This document shows positions 1-11,748 of a DNA stretch of 64,000 nucleotides, piece after piece. The stretch's first letter is position 1; the number at the start of each line of letters is the position of its first letter. The notes below the pieces were generated by a model. That model made no database searches, was not told where the DNA came from, and saw only the letters and a list, made by a program, of their open reading frames with translations. Location: the NCBI GenBank assembly GCA_964016885.1, contig OZ024743.1, positions 365,800,001 through 365,864,000 of the forward strand, read 5' to 3'. A program made the position numbers and the translations under genes. The DNA is from Eledone cirrhosa (Eukaryota).

Positions 1-148
1 GCATAAGAAGATAGATATAGTACAGTAGCCAAAAGATTATGAGAGCTAGAATAAAGATTCATCAAAAACCAATGATAATAATGATGATAATAATAATGTT
101 GGCAAACAAAAGAACCTAAACTAAAAAATAAATAATGGAGTATACCAG

Positions 149-2152
149 CTAATGGGTACAATTTGTACTACTAGAACGTTTAGGTTTATAATAAAAGTAT
201 GAATTAGAAATAGCATGGGGGCAAGAAGAGAATATCTCAGACTTTCTATTAAGTAAAGATGCGCTAGAGAAGATTATAGAGTGTGCCTCGAGGATACAGA
301 GATTACAAAACTTAGTATGTGTAGAAAGGTGGTTAGAGCGTGCTACTAAACGCCAGTTAAGGCTATATGGTATATTAGCTCCCTTAAGATCCCAGATATA
401 ATGTGCTAAAGAAGTAGAATTCTTAAACTTAACATGCTTGAAATTAGAGATATGAGAGTTAAACCTAGTCTTAAAAGTGTTAGATGTAGAGCCTATATAA
501 GTTCTATTAGAGGAATTAGTTATAACTTCGCAAGCATAGACAATGTTCTTAGAAAGGCAGTTACCGTTTAAAGGGCAGTTAGCACTCACTCTACAATTGC
601 ACTTCCGGGTGTTATTGGTTGACTCAAGTGGTGATGCATTACACGTAGGATTGCTATTAGATAAGGACTGTTCTGGTGGTAATGCATTGCCAGATCTGTT
701 CAGACTAGTAGTATGTAGAGAGGAGAATCCATCCCTAATTTTCCTATTGTTAGTGCTAGCTAAATGAGAACTAATATTAGGGGTGGTAGAGAATGAAAGT
801 TTAATAACATTTTTATTAAAAATACTATGGTATTTATGAGAAGGGGGGAAATTTTTCTCTAAGATAGAGAAGAAAGACCTAGGGATATTAGTTGATACTT
901 CCTGATTATATGGCGGGTTAAAATAAGTATTTAATCGCCTTCTATTTTTATTCTTACCGACTCTACCATTATCAAATATCCCACCATCGAGACTAGGGTT
1001 ACTACAAGGATTAGTTAAAGCCGCATTCATAGAATCAGCCAAAATTTCATTAAGTCTATTACAGTTTCTACCTCCAGTAGATCTGCTGCTGTCCGGAATC
1101 CCATCATAAGGATTAGGGCCAATGATAGGATCAGTAGGAGCAACATTATTAGAATAAGATCCAGCAAAATTATCACCAATGTGTGAGCGCTCAGGGGGTT
1201 CAACTTGTTTCCTAGAGGTATTATATTCACTATTACGGGTCCGGTGGGTTAACTTATGTATGGGTTCAGATACACCTATATAATTTTTACGGTTACTATG
1301 TTTGCTACTCCCATTCATGGCCATGTTATGTGATATTATGTTATTATTATTAAAAGTAGACGGAGACTTTCTAAGGTTACTATTATTATATTGTATTTTA
1401 CTAGAGTAACCTGAATTTGCTAGGGCATTATTATAGTACTCCGCATGTTCATTAAATGTTCCTACGTCCTTAGAGAGTGTGGAAATCCTATTAGATACAC
1501 CCTTAATTATAGAGCTTATCATAGACTTAGGGTGGTTAGAATTGGGACTAACATAAGAAAGTATTTCATTAGGCTTATGGAAGGGTTTAAAACTATTAGT
1601 GACCAAGTCCAAAGTCACATCTAAAAAGTTAACCGCTCTATCATTTCTATCTATCGTGATCGAAAGGTTATAGCTTTTAAAAAACTTATAAAGCTTCTTC
1701 TTATTATGTTCTACATTGTTGGTGCTAGAGTTAATTACAAACAATGCATCATCACGATATAGTCCGCCTATAAGGTGCGGGAAGGTAGCATATAGTTCAT
1801 TAAGGAGGAACAACCCAACAAGATCAGTAACCTGGGCCGAATCACTCGAATCCATTGTAACGTCGAAATTATTGGGCGTGTTTTTACGGGTCCAAAATGT
1901 GTCCTCAAATTTAATAATAGTTTTACGAGCTGCTAGTATAATATCTACCTGTGATCGTGTAAGGCTGGACACTCTCATGGCCAACATTAAAGCTTTATTG
2001 AGGAGGATGGGTGAAATTGATGTGTAGTAGGCATCAATATCGAATTGGATAAACTTATTAGATTCAAGTCTATTAATCCCGGAGAACCAATCTATAACTT
2101 CCTTAGTGTTCCCCCATAGGTTAAAATTAACCTTATCCCTAACATCTGGTAT
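149..2152 (-). CDS. Penelope-like element RT + GIY-YIG ORF, 5'-truncated (Hydra-clade-like)
   Basis: 612-aa ORF extends in frame upstream to about 2152 (PDVRDKVNFNLWGNTKEVIDWF..FIQFDIDAYYTSI). RT motifs GLYRDD and NFLDVTLDL, linker CNCx5CPLNGNC, GIY-YIG VYACEV..YIGST..FKTRFNSH, and CNLC. Confidence 0.92.
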   Translation of the reverse strand: MPDVRDKVNFNLWGNTKEVIDWFSGINRLESNKFIQFDIDAYYTSISPILLNKALMLAMRVSSLTRSQVDIILAARKTIIKFEDTFWTRKNTPNNFDVTMDSSDSAQVTDLVGLFLLNELYATFPHLIGGLYRDDALFVINSSTNNVEHNKKKLYKFFKSYNLSITIDRNDRAVNFLDVTLDLVTNSFKPFHKPNEILSYVSPNSNHPKSMISSIIKGVSNRISTLSKDVGTFNEHAEYYNNALANSGYSSKIQYNNSNLRKSPSTFNNNNIISHNMAMNGSSKHSNRKNYIGVSEPIHKLTHRTRNSEYNTSRKQVEPPERSHIGDNFAGSYSNNVAPTDPIIGPNPYDGIPDSSRSTGGRNCNRLNEILADSMNAALTNPCSNPSLDGGIFDNGRVGKNKNRRRLNTYFNPPYNQEVSTNIPRSFFSILEKNFPPSHKYHSIFNKNVIKLSFSTTPNISSHLASTNNRKIRDGFSSLHTTSLNRSGNALPPEQSLSNSNPTCNASPLESTNNTRKCNCRVSANCPLNGNCLSKNIVYACEVITNSSNRTYIGSTSNTFKTRFNSHISNFKHVKFKNSTSLAHYIWDLKGANIPYSLNWRLVARSNHLSTHTKFCNLCILEAHSIIFSSASLLNRKSEIFSSCPHAISNSYFYYKPKRSSSTNCTH

Positions 2153-2453
2153 ATTTTTATTGTAATTTTAATGTTGGTAAAGGTATATTATATTATATTA
2201 TATTATATTATATTACATTGTATTATATATAATTCCTGCTATATATAATCACCTTTGTTTAGCTCTAGGTTTTTTTTGCTTTGGACTATATTTGTAATAT
2301 GGTTCTTAATGTTATATACATCCTTAGTAATTTTTATTATATATTTTTATTATTTTTATTATACATTTTTGCAATACTTTAGTGTATGTACACTCCATAT
2401 TCTTCGGAGCTTCCGGCTTGTATCTGCCGATATTACTTCTTGTTGTTTTAATT

Positions 2454-2491
2454 GCCCTGATGAGTCCTTAATAGGACGAAACATTGTCGGC
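2454..2491 (+). ncRNA. Type I minimal hammerhead ribozyme in inverted PLE tail
   Basis: GCC-CTGATGA-GTCCT(TAAT)AGGAC-GAA-ACA(T)TGT-C-GGC. GUC cleavage after 2488, with AATAAA at 2493-2498. Confidence 0.9.
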
Positions 2492-2537
2492 TAATAAAGA
2501 CTTTTGATGTATTGAAGGCTTTTTTGTTTTACTCTCT

Positions 2538-2642
<105 letters not shown>

Positions 2643-2862
2643 ATGAGTATTTTAAACTTTATTTTATTCTGAGTTAAGGCTCTATTGATTTTTCCCTGGA
2701 TTTCACCAAATTCTGTGGATGAATCTATATCCTGATTCTTTTTGAATTGAGTTTGAATTAATTTCCCACATCTTACGTTAACTATTTTTCCATTTTGACG
2801 CTATAGTCACTTATATATTATGGAATACTGTTGGCTTCTTGCTACAATAATCTCTATACTTT

Positions 2863-2911
<49 letters not shown>

Positions 2912-2912
<1 letters not shown>

Positions 2913-3007
2913 TAGCTGGCCCGTTCGGCTGGCGCTCAGTTAGGTATACCTGCCCCCACCACTCCACTGCAAAGATGCCACACACCCTCCCGTGTCACAT
3001 TGTCCTT

Positions 3008-3065
<58 letters not shown>

Positions 3066-4323
3066 AACTAACACTTTAATTGTATCTCTCTCTGTCTAAC
3101 GGCCTATCTCTCCCTTTTCCCCTTCCTCTGTTTTTCTGTCCTTCTCTGTAGATGTGTGTGTGTTGTTTTCCTAATCTTTCTCTAAATCTCTCTCTTTCTC
3201 TCTCTCTATATGTGTATATATTGAAGGGAGATACGGAAACTAAAACAGTGTCGTCATATAGAGAGTGAAGAGCAACAGAGAGAGTAAAGCAGTTAAATTA
3301 TAGAGAGGGGGGATGATCTTACATACATACATGGTGGCTGCCAACTCGTTTTCGAGTACGGCCACTACTTTATATCCATGTAGGAGAACTCCTACCGATG
3401 CCCTGAAACAGTGGGACTTTTTAGTCCAGCCAGCGTATTGAAAACTCTGGTACAAACACTACACTTGTGACAATTATTGACACATAGTGCTGGGCCCATG
3501 GTACCATGTGACGACAAGTGCAGAGAGATCTCCAGATATAAAGCAATGCCTGTGCCGTGAAGCTTTTATAGTGAGCAAAGGCACTGCACAAAGCCAGTCC
3601 CACTCTCTTAACCAAGATGATATTTACCAAAAAGAAGAACAAGTCAACATCATTGGATACCATCAGGGTTGCAGGTATTATATCAGAGTTTTCCTTCTCC
3701 TAGAATTCTGCCTTGACAAAGGCTAAGAGGTCATCTCTCCCGGTGATTTTGGATGGTCATTGACTCTTAAGAGCTCCTTTGCCCTTTGACAGGTTTTGTT
3801 TTTAGTCCTGCAGGATGTCCAAAGTCACCCTCCTCACCAAGAAACCTTGGTGGGGTTGCCAGTTTAGTCGCCAACGACCCGACCATGAGACAGGTTGTAC
3901 TGGGATGCATGTTACCAGTAGCACCAACTGGTGACCTGACATAATACATACATACATACATACATACATACATACATACATACATACATAGACACATACA
4001 TACATAGACACATACATAGACACATACATACATATAAAGTATAGATATGTGTGTTTGTGTACGTGTATGTGTGTTTGTGTATGTGTGTATGTGCATGTGT
4101 GTGTCTGTGTGTTTTGTTTTGATGTTATCCGGCAATTGGCGAAATCAGGTGTGAAAGTATGTGTGTGTGTGTGTGTCTGTGTGTTACTTATGCGAGCGAC
4201 GACAGAAAAAGTGTGTGGAATACATACATTATTATATTTGTCTGTATTTTCGTTCTGCAACCATTACATTATGATGTATCCAAATGATTTTAGATGTATG
4301 TATTACCTTCTTGCCCGTCCCTC

Positions 4324-4407
<84 letters not shown>

Positions 4408-4747
4408 CTCCTCTCTCCTCTCTCTCTTTAGATGTGTGTGAGTGTGTAGTTTTCCTTATCTGACTCTTTCACTCTCTGTCTCTCTAAGAGGGTTGCCTTT
4501 TGATGTATGTATTACCTGCTTGTGTGTTGACCGAATTTGAAGGAGGTTATCCTTTTGAAATAAACATACATAAGATGCTCATCTCAATGTTGATATATTG
4601 AAGGTAAATACGGAAAGTAAAAGAGTGTTGTCACATAGAGAGTGAAGAGAGACAGAGAGTAAATCAGTTAAATTATAGAGAGGGTGAAAGAGGGAGAGAG
4701 AGAGAGACGACAAAGAGTAAAGCAGTTCAATTATAGAGAGGGTGAAA

Positions 4748-4820
<73 letters not shown>

Positions 4821-5270
4821 CGCTCAGCTTTATAATATTAGAGAGTGAAGAGCGACAGAGAGAGTAAAGCAGTTAAATTATAGAGAGGGGAATGATGTAT
4901 TATAGACAGAGGGAAAAGCGACGGAGAGAGTAAACTATAGGGAGGTGTGTTGACCGAATTTACATACGACGCCCCTCTCTACGGAAAGTAAAAGAGCGTT
5001 GCCATATAGAGAGTGAAGAGAGACAGAGAGTAAATCAGTTAAATTATAGAGAGGGTGAAAGAGGAAGAGAGAGAGAGACGACACTCAGCTTTATAATATT
5101 TGAGAGTGAAGAGCGACAGAGAGAGGAAAGCAGTTAAATTATAGAGAGGGGTAATGATCTATTATAGAGAGAGGGAAGAGCGACGGAGAGAGTAAAGCTA
5201 AGAAACTATAGGGAGGTGTGTAGGATACATACATACATAATACACACGACACTCAGCTTTATAATATTAT
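2912..5270 (-). mobile_element. Non-autonomous Helitron-like element with internal tandem repeats
   Basis: Minus-strand 3' end CTAG|T at 2912-2915. The 5' end motif ATAAAGCTGA is shared with the Helitron at 35974-37642. Internal repeated blocks GAGAGTGAAGAG..GTAAAGCAGTTAAATTATAGAGAGGG at 3220-3320 and 4590-5220. Confidence 0.6.
3331..3942 (-). mobile_element. Short non-autonomous RTE-derived (bipartite) element
   Basis: Contains the TCTAGGAGAAGGAAAACTC motif typical of RTE 5' UTRs and a tail ending GGCAGCCACCA(TGTA)n. A related shorter copy lies at 47650-47990. Confidence 0.45.
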
Positions 5271-5343
5271 ATATATATATATATATTTGTTTTGCGAGGT
5301 TTTTGATATGAAATCGTGTGTCAAAACAAATATTGTTATACTT

Positions 5344-5660
5344 GGGGAAATAATATTGCCAGAAATAATAACAGAACACACTCACTGTTTGGTTGGTTTT
5401 CGCTTCTGTATCTTTTATATCTCCACAGTTAATTCATTCGGTCCTCAATGTTTACAATTGACTGACCAACGGTCAAAAATACAGATATAATATAGATATA
5501 AACACATATAAATAGTCTAACAAAGTTCTTTCGCTGCACATCTGCAACACCCTCAGTGGTACTATTATGTTCCTCCTGTTGAGATATAAAAGATACAGAA
5601 GCGAAAACCAACCAAACAGTGAGTGGATTCTGTTATTATTTCTGGCAATATTATTACAAC
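5344..5660. repeat. Inverted repeat, about 85-bp arms
   Basis: 5344-5428 is the near reverse complement of 5576-5660. Confidence 0.85.
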
Positions 5661-6042
5661 AATATGACCCTCCCCAATTATCCCCCTCTCTCACTTCCTC
5701 CTGTTTGACCTGTGTGAAATCCTTTTCTCGCTCACGTCTCACCCATGTCGGATGGTCTATATCTCTTGTCCATGAATTCACCAAGCTTAAGCTTACAGAT
5801 ATCATGTACTTGTCTCTTCCTATCTTTCCGTTGCAATACCATCGTTGTTTGTTTACATGTCTCGCTCGTTTCACCCTATTTTACTTGTCCCAATAACTTT
5901 ATTTAGTTATTGCTCGCAACAACCAGAGGTATATGATTTTTAATGCGATGAAATACCAATGAAAGATGGAAGATCACTGATGAAGGACTAATTGTATTCA
6001 AATGTAACCCAAGTGCAACCACGCAACACTCCATTTTTCTTT

Positions 6043-6196
<154 letters not shown>

Positions 6197-6387
6197 TTTG
6201 TGTGTGTGTAAGCCAGCATTCGAATCGGAGACGCTAGCTGCGAAGCATTTCTGACGACAAACCCAACCTGCTAGGAATAACGGGATGTTTTTCTTCTTTG
6301 ATTTTATAAAATGAGTATCACTAAACCTTTCTAGATATAACCTTATTCCATTCCTGCACTTTACTTTCGTTTTTGTACCTTTTTCGC

Positions 6388-6453
<66 letters not shown>

Positions 6454-6557
6454 ATACGAAAAAGGTACAAAAACGAAAGGAAAGTGCAGGAATGGAATAA
6501 GGTTATATCTAGGAAGGTTTATATATATATAGTGATATATATATATATATATATATA

Positions 6558-6606
<49 letters not shown>

Positions 6607-6609
<3 letters not shown>

Positions 6610-7168
6610 TAACTATAGTGGGTAAAGTCAATTTTTAAAAATTTATTTTGAAACTTTTTCATTATTTACTAAACCTTGTTTATATTTGTTCTGGCTCGTT
6701 AATTTATTAACCCGCCATTGAACCACATTGGCACTTGGTTGGACAATACATGCGTACCTTGGCGCCTTGTGCGTGAAGGGACGTATTTCATATTACTACT
6801 ACCTCCACTAACGTTGAGAACAAACCGGGTCATTCCGACTGCTGCTAGCAATAGCGGTGGCTAGTTTGACCTACCTCCTTTTGCCTCTATCTTTGCTACG
6901 GCCCTTGATAAACCTGTTCTACATCATCCACTCTCATCCCAGGAACAGTTTTTGATAGCGCTAGTTTGTGATTTAAATTCAGGAATTTTATATTCTTTGA
7001 ATGAAAAGAACCTTCTGACGAGAATCTTTCTTTGCAACGAAGGCCGTATGGTCTCCGTTTTATTTTTGGGATTCGAAACCGATCGGTAAAGGAAACTATA
7101 GTGGGTAAAGTCAATTTTTTAAAATTTATTTTGAAACTTTTTCATTATTTACTAAACCTTGTTTATAT
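6607..7168 (+). mobile_element. Retrozyme-like non-coding element: 483-nt monomer plus about 79-nt terminal direct repeat, in (TA)n
   Basis: 6607-6685 is repeated at 7090-7168. A hammerhead lies at 7011-7092 and both flanks are (TA)n. Confidence 0.8.
7011..7092 (+). ncRNA. Type I hammerhead ribozyme, extended stem II
   Basis: CCTT-CTGACGA-GAATCTT...GGGATTC-GAA-ACCGATCGGT-A-AAGG. Palindromic stem III, GUA cleavage after 7088. Confidence 0.92.
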
Positions 7169-7176
7169 ATATATAT

Positions 7177-7282
<106 letters not shown>

Positions 7283-7283
7283 T

Positions 7284-7877
7284 GAATTATGTCCATAGAA
7301 TTATTTGATAAAATATATACACTATTTCCTCTCCCAATTAACCATATAAAAAATCAATTAGACAAGGCTATAAGATTAAAGGCTCCTATGAAGAAATATT
7401 TGATAAATAAACTACAGCAGCCTCTTCGTGGCCGACCGCAACAGAACATTTACCCAATATTTCCACAGCATGTACAAACTGACTAAATATACCGTCAACC
7501 ATACACAATTAGGTATAAATTTAAAGTTAGAAGAAATGAGTACATTCTTACCGTAATTATGTCCCTACCCTGGGTTTCGTTCGCGTTTGAGATATCCTAT
7601 TAAGGATAAAACTCGAGTATCGAACTCATCAGGAGACAAACTGAAGGACAATTAATTTTCCAAAGCGATCCCCGCCACAAATAGATTCAAAAATGGCTAA
7701 GAATCGTGACGTGGCAGTGGTCAAGTTAGAGGCTGCTGTAGTTTATTTATCAAATATTTATTCATAGGAGCCTTTATTCTTATTGCCTGGTCTAATTGAT
7801 TTTTTATATGGTTAATTATGCTAATTGGGAGAGGAAATAGTGTATATATTTTATCAAATAATTCTATGGACATAATT
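7284..7877 (-). mobile_element. Fold-back PLE-tail-like element with about 140-bp inverted arms
   Basis: 7284-7424 versus 7728-7877 inverted. Flanked by (TA)n and contains a minus-strand hammerhead. Confidence 0.75.
7560..7638 (-). ncRNA. Type I hammerhead ribozyme
   Basis: Reverse complement: TGTCTC-CTGATGA-GTTCG...TATCCT(TAAT)AGGATA...CGAAC-GAA-ACCC(A)GGGT-A-GGGACA. 6-bp stem I, GUA triplet. Confidence 0.92.
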
Positions 7878-7980
7878 TATGGTATATTGCTGTGATTATT
7901 TAATTTATTAATTCTTCATTGAGCCACATCGTGAATGGTTGCCACATATATATCTATGACTTTGTGTATATGTAAATCTT

Positions 7981-8011
<31 letters not shown>

Positions 8012-8063
8012 TATATATATAAAATAACTATATATATATATATATATATCACTATATATATAT

Positions 8064-8163
<100 letters not shown>

Positions 8164-8730
8164 CATGAATCAAAGTTCTGTTCAAACCATTTATTCGCTT
8201 ACAATTGTTTCTTCGGAGCAATTTTTCAATGATTGTTTACATACTTGACCTCCATTCCAACACAAGAGACATACAGAAACATATGTATATATCGATGCAC
8301 AGTGGGTTGACATCCATTATAATATTTAGCATGGCAATTTACATTCAAAGATTAAAGACATATTAAAAGAAAACAAAATTAAAGTTAAAATACAACATTG
8401 GCAGTTTACGAAGATAATGCTAGAGGATAATTAGAAGTAGTTAGTGTATGCAATAGTTACACGTGGGGCATGCACGTGTGTCTTATTTATATAAGATTAT
8501 AGTGCGGCAGGGTGTTATATGTAATACAGGCACTTGATTCATGTACTTTCTATATAACTGCTCTGTAGAACAACTGATGTTATTACATTGAGCTATTTAT
8601 CTTACTGGTAATAAAGTAGTAATAAATTACTGTCTTTCGCTATTTAGGGTTTAAAATATATATAAATATAAAAGGTTTTAGTATATACATAGCCATAAAT
8701 AGTATCCTTAATACTATATATATATATATA

Positions 8731-8784
<54 letters not shown>

Positions 8785-8991
8785 CTAATCCTCATTTAAT
8801 TGTGCATTCCGAAGTTTCGATTCTTGGACGATTCTTGAACGTCGTCGCATTTTGACTGTAGTTTGTTTAATTTAAGTGTTATATTCTAAAGTTAATTGTT
8901 AATTCAATATTATGATTACTTACCTACTTTGTGATGTGATGAGGTTGTGGTTTGGTTGATTGTGGTGGTAATTTCTTATTGTCCATGATAT

Positions 8992-10108
8992 ACTAGCTAG
9001 AAAAATGCGTACAGCAAAAAAAAGTAATATTGTTGGAACAAACCTTTAAAAATACAGGACAAGGAAGTAAGATAAACCTTTAAAAATACAGGACAAAGAA
9101 CTAAGATAAAACTTTAAAAGAATAGGACAAGGAATATAAATTTTTACAATAATATTAGTGGCAAAATTCAATTGGTAAAAAATTGAGTTTCCATCATTAC
9201 ACCAATTACAACTATGATGTTCCGCATGCATCCACTCCAACCATGATCACTTGTCTGTCATCTTTCCCGGTCCAACTCCTCGCGGATGACCCGGCGCAAC
9301 TCGGACTGGGTCGGAGCAGGAACTGGAGGGGGAGAGGGAGGGGTACGGGTCTTGACTCTGGGACGATGACGGCGAGTGACCAAGGTGAATGGGCCCGTGT
9401 TCGACTCGGAATCCTGCTGGTCCTCGATGACACTTTGAGGCACGGTTGACGGTTCCGGACTGGCTTCATGGGCAGTAGTAGAAGGGCAGGTGGATAGGGC
9501 AGTGTGCTTCTTCCTGGGAGAGCACTTGAAGCAGGTGAAGCCGGCGCCGGACTCGTTGAACCACTTCCAGACAGCACTGGGCATGTTGGCGCAGCAATGA
9601 TGAAAGTTGAAGCAGGCGACGAGGGGGGAGGAGGTGGAGGCGTTGGTGCAGGAGCAACAGACTGCTGATTTGGGAGTCATTGTAGCTGGGGGATGCAGGC
9701 GCTGAGGGGGCTCGAGTAGAAGGGAAGAACAGAAATGAACCATGATGACTTTTCCTACATTTTTCCTGGCCCACTTCCTCATGAACCAATGAACCAGTTG
9801 GTACAACTCGGACTTGGAGGAGGAACACAAGACAGGGATCAATTTCATTGTATTGATATTTCTCATTAAGTAATTTCATGTTACTCAAATAAATCACTTT
9901 TATTTGATCAATTATCTATTTTTCCAATAAAATTTTTGCCACTAATATTATTGTAAAAATTTATATTCCTTGTCCTATTCTTTTAAAGTTTTATCTTAGT
10001 TCTTTGTCCTGTATTTTTAAAGGTTTATCTTACTTCCTTGTCCTGTATTTTTAAAGGTTTGTTCCAACAATATTACTTTTTTTTGCTGTACGCATTTTTC
10101 TAGCTAGT
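8992..10108. mobile_element. Element with about 177-bp near-perfect terminal inverted repeats and GC-rich cargo
   Basis: 8992-9168 versus 9932-10108 inverted. Each arm has three ~30-bp subrepeats (CTTTAAAAATACAGGACAAGGAA), and both ends read CTAGCTAG. Confidence 0.8.
9258..9680 (-). pseudogene. PHD-finger fragment resembling a non-LTR (CR1/L2-type) ORF1 N-terminus
   Basis: MTPKSAVCCSC..VACFNFHHCCANMP..WKWF..FTCFKC, followed by a Pro/Ser linker and LRRVIREELDRER. Confidence 0.5.
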
Positions 10109-10574
10109 TTCCTATTTTTCAAGGCAATGCAAACAACAACTACTTAATTAAATAGTTATTACTTTAGTTACTTCTATCAAAAAATCCCAAAAATGATGTT
10201 AATGAAAACTATAGGTGAAAGTGAAGCTATTCTTTTGTGACCTCTTAGTTACTTGTACCAATTTTGAATTTAATTCAAGCTACAGTGTCAGCCTGTGCAT
10301 TGGAGTCACAGAAATAAGTTGAGATATTTTATCTAATTGGTACAAGCATCCACTCCACATGGCGGGGACATAGGTCAGATCGTGGAGCACTCACCTATCT
10401 TAAAAATATTAACTTATGATAAATAAGAGTCATTTAAGAAAATACAATTTTTTTAAATTAGTAGGTGAGCATTAACAACTGAATCTAAATGGAGCAAATT
10501 TGCACCATTTGCATTTAGTTGAAAATAACATTTTAATTAAACATGACAAATTCTAATGCAATAGAAGGCAAATA

Positions 10575-10845
10575 TCAATTTTCACATGCAAATTTTTTGG
10601 GGATTTTTTTCACGCGCGCCATTTTTTGGTCGATTTTTTGTCAATTTTTCACATGCAAATTTTTTTGGGTTTTTTTGATTTTTTTTCACGCGCGCCATTT
10701 TTGTCGATTTTTTGTCAATTTTTCACATGATAATTTTTTTTTGGATTTTTGGATTTTCTTCACGCACGCCATTTTTGTCGATTTTTTGTCAATTTTTCAC
10801 ATGATAATTTTTTTTGGATTTTTGTATTTTCTTCACGCGCTTTTT
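10575..10845. repeat. Tandem repeat, about 75-bp unit, 3-4 copies
   Basis: TTCACGCGCGCCATTTTTGTCGATTTTTTGTCAATTTTTCACATG recurs. Confidence 0.85.
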
Positions 10846-11422
10846 GGTATGCATTATTCATATGTTTTGCTTGTTCTGATTGTCTTTTTTCTTTTATTTC
10901 AGCAGCTTTCCGTTTTTTATACTCCCTATTCCTAATGGCATTTTTTCTCCGTTTTTCATTCTCTTTATGAATTTTTTGATCTTTGGGACATTCGGAAGCA
11001 CTATCAGTCTCATTGAATTCAAATTCAGGTCCAGGATTTAATTCAACACAACCGATAATAAGCAATGATAAGATCAGTGCACGTGTTCTATATTTCTGAT
11101 TGGAAATCGGGTAAATTCGTTTATTGGATTTGTAAAAAGCCGCCTGAATGTGAATTTCATCATTCGAATTGCCCGATTGTGGAATTGTTTCATTCGAAAT
11201 GGAAATATTGCATTTTCGCGCCAGGCAAAAAAGTAATAAGCCGATCAAAAAGCCGCGAAACGTATATGGTGACTTTTTTCGAAAGCCGCGAAACGTATGA
11301 AGTGACCTTTTGCGATTTTTTTTGCGACCATTTTGGCGAGACTTTTGCAGGGAAACAAATTTTTCATTTGTAATAGTCAAAATAAATAAGCCGATAAAAA
11401 AGCCGAGAGACGTCATTTTCAT
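10760..11422 (-). pseudogene. Transposon-associated ORF remnant with 2A-like motif
   Basis: RALILSLLIIGCVELNPGP (motif at 11027-11053), followed by a charged K/R/E-rich helical segment. Confidence 0.4.
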
Positions 11423-11748
11423 ATGTCAAATGAGCACACTATTCGCACCTATCGCAAATGAGTTCACTACTCGCACCTATCGGTACAAAAAATAGCACAA
11501 CTATTCACAACTATTAGTACAAATCCAAATGATTTTCTGAATTTCTAGTATATCAATCAGCGACTGCTTTGAAAGAGAACAATGCAGTGAGTGATTACTC
11601 ATTTGAATATAAATAGAAGACAACCTCAACTAGTTTGCAACGTGTGACCACTTATCGCGAGATAGGAGAACATAATAGCTCCTAATTAGCTCAATGATTA
11701 ATGTTTACTGCCACATTGTATCAACATTTAAAATTCAAATTCAAAAAA

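Noticed and set aside
5977-6005. CTGATGAAGGA hammerhead start (also at 31792)
   Set aside because: GAAAC half is decayed or truncated. At most a dead remnant in a dispersed repeat.
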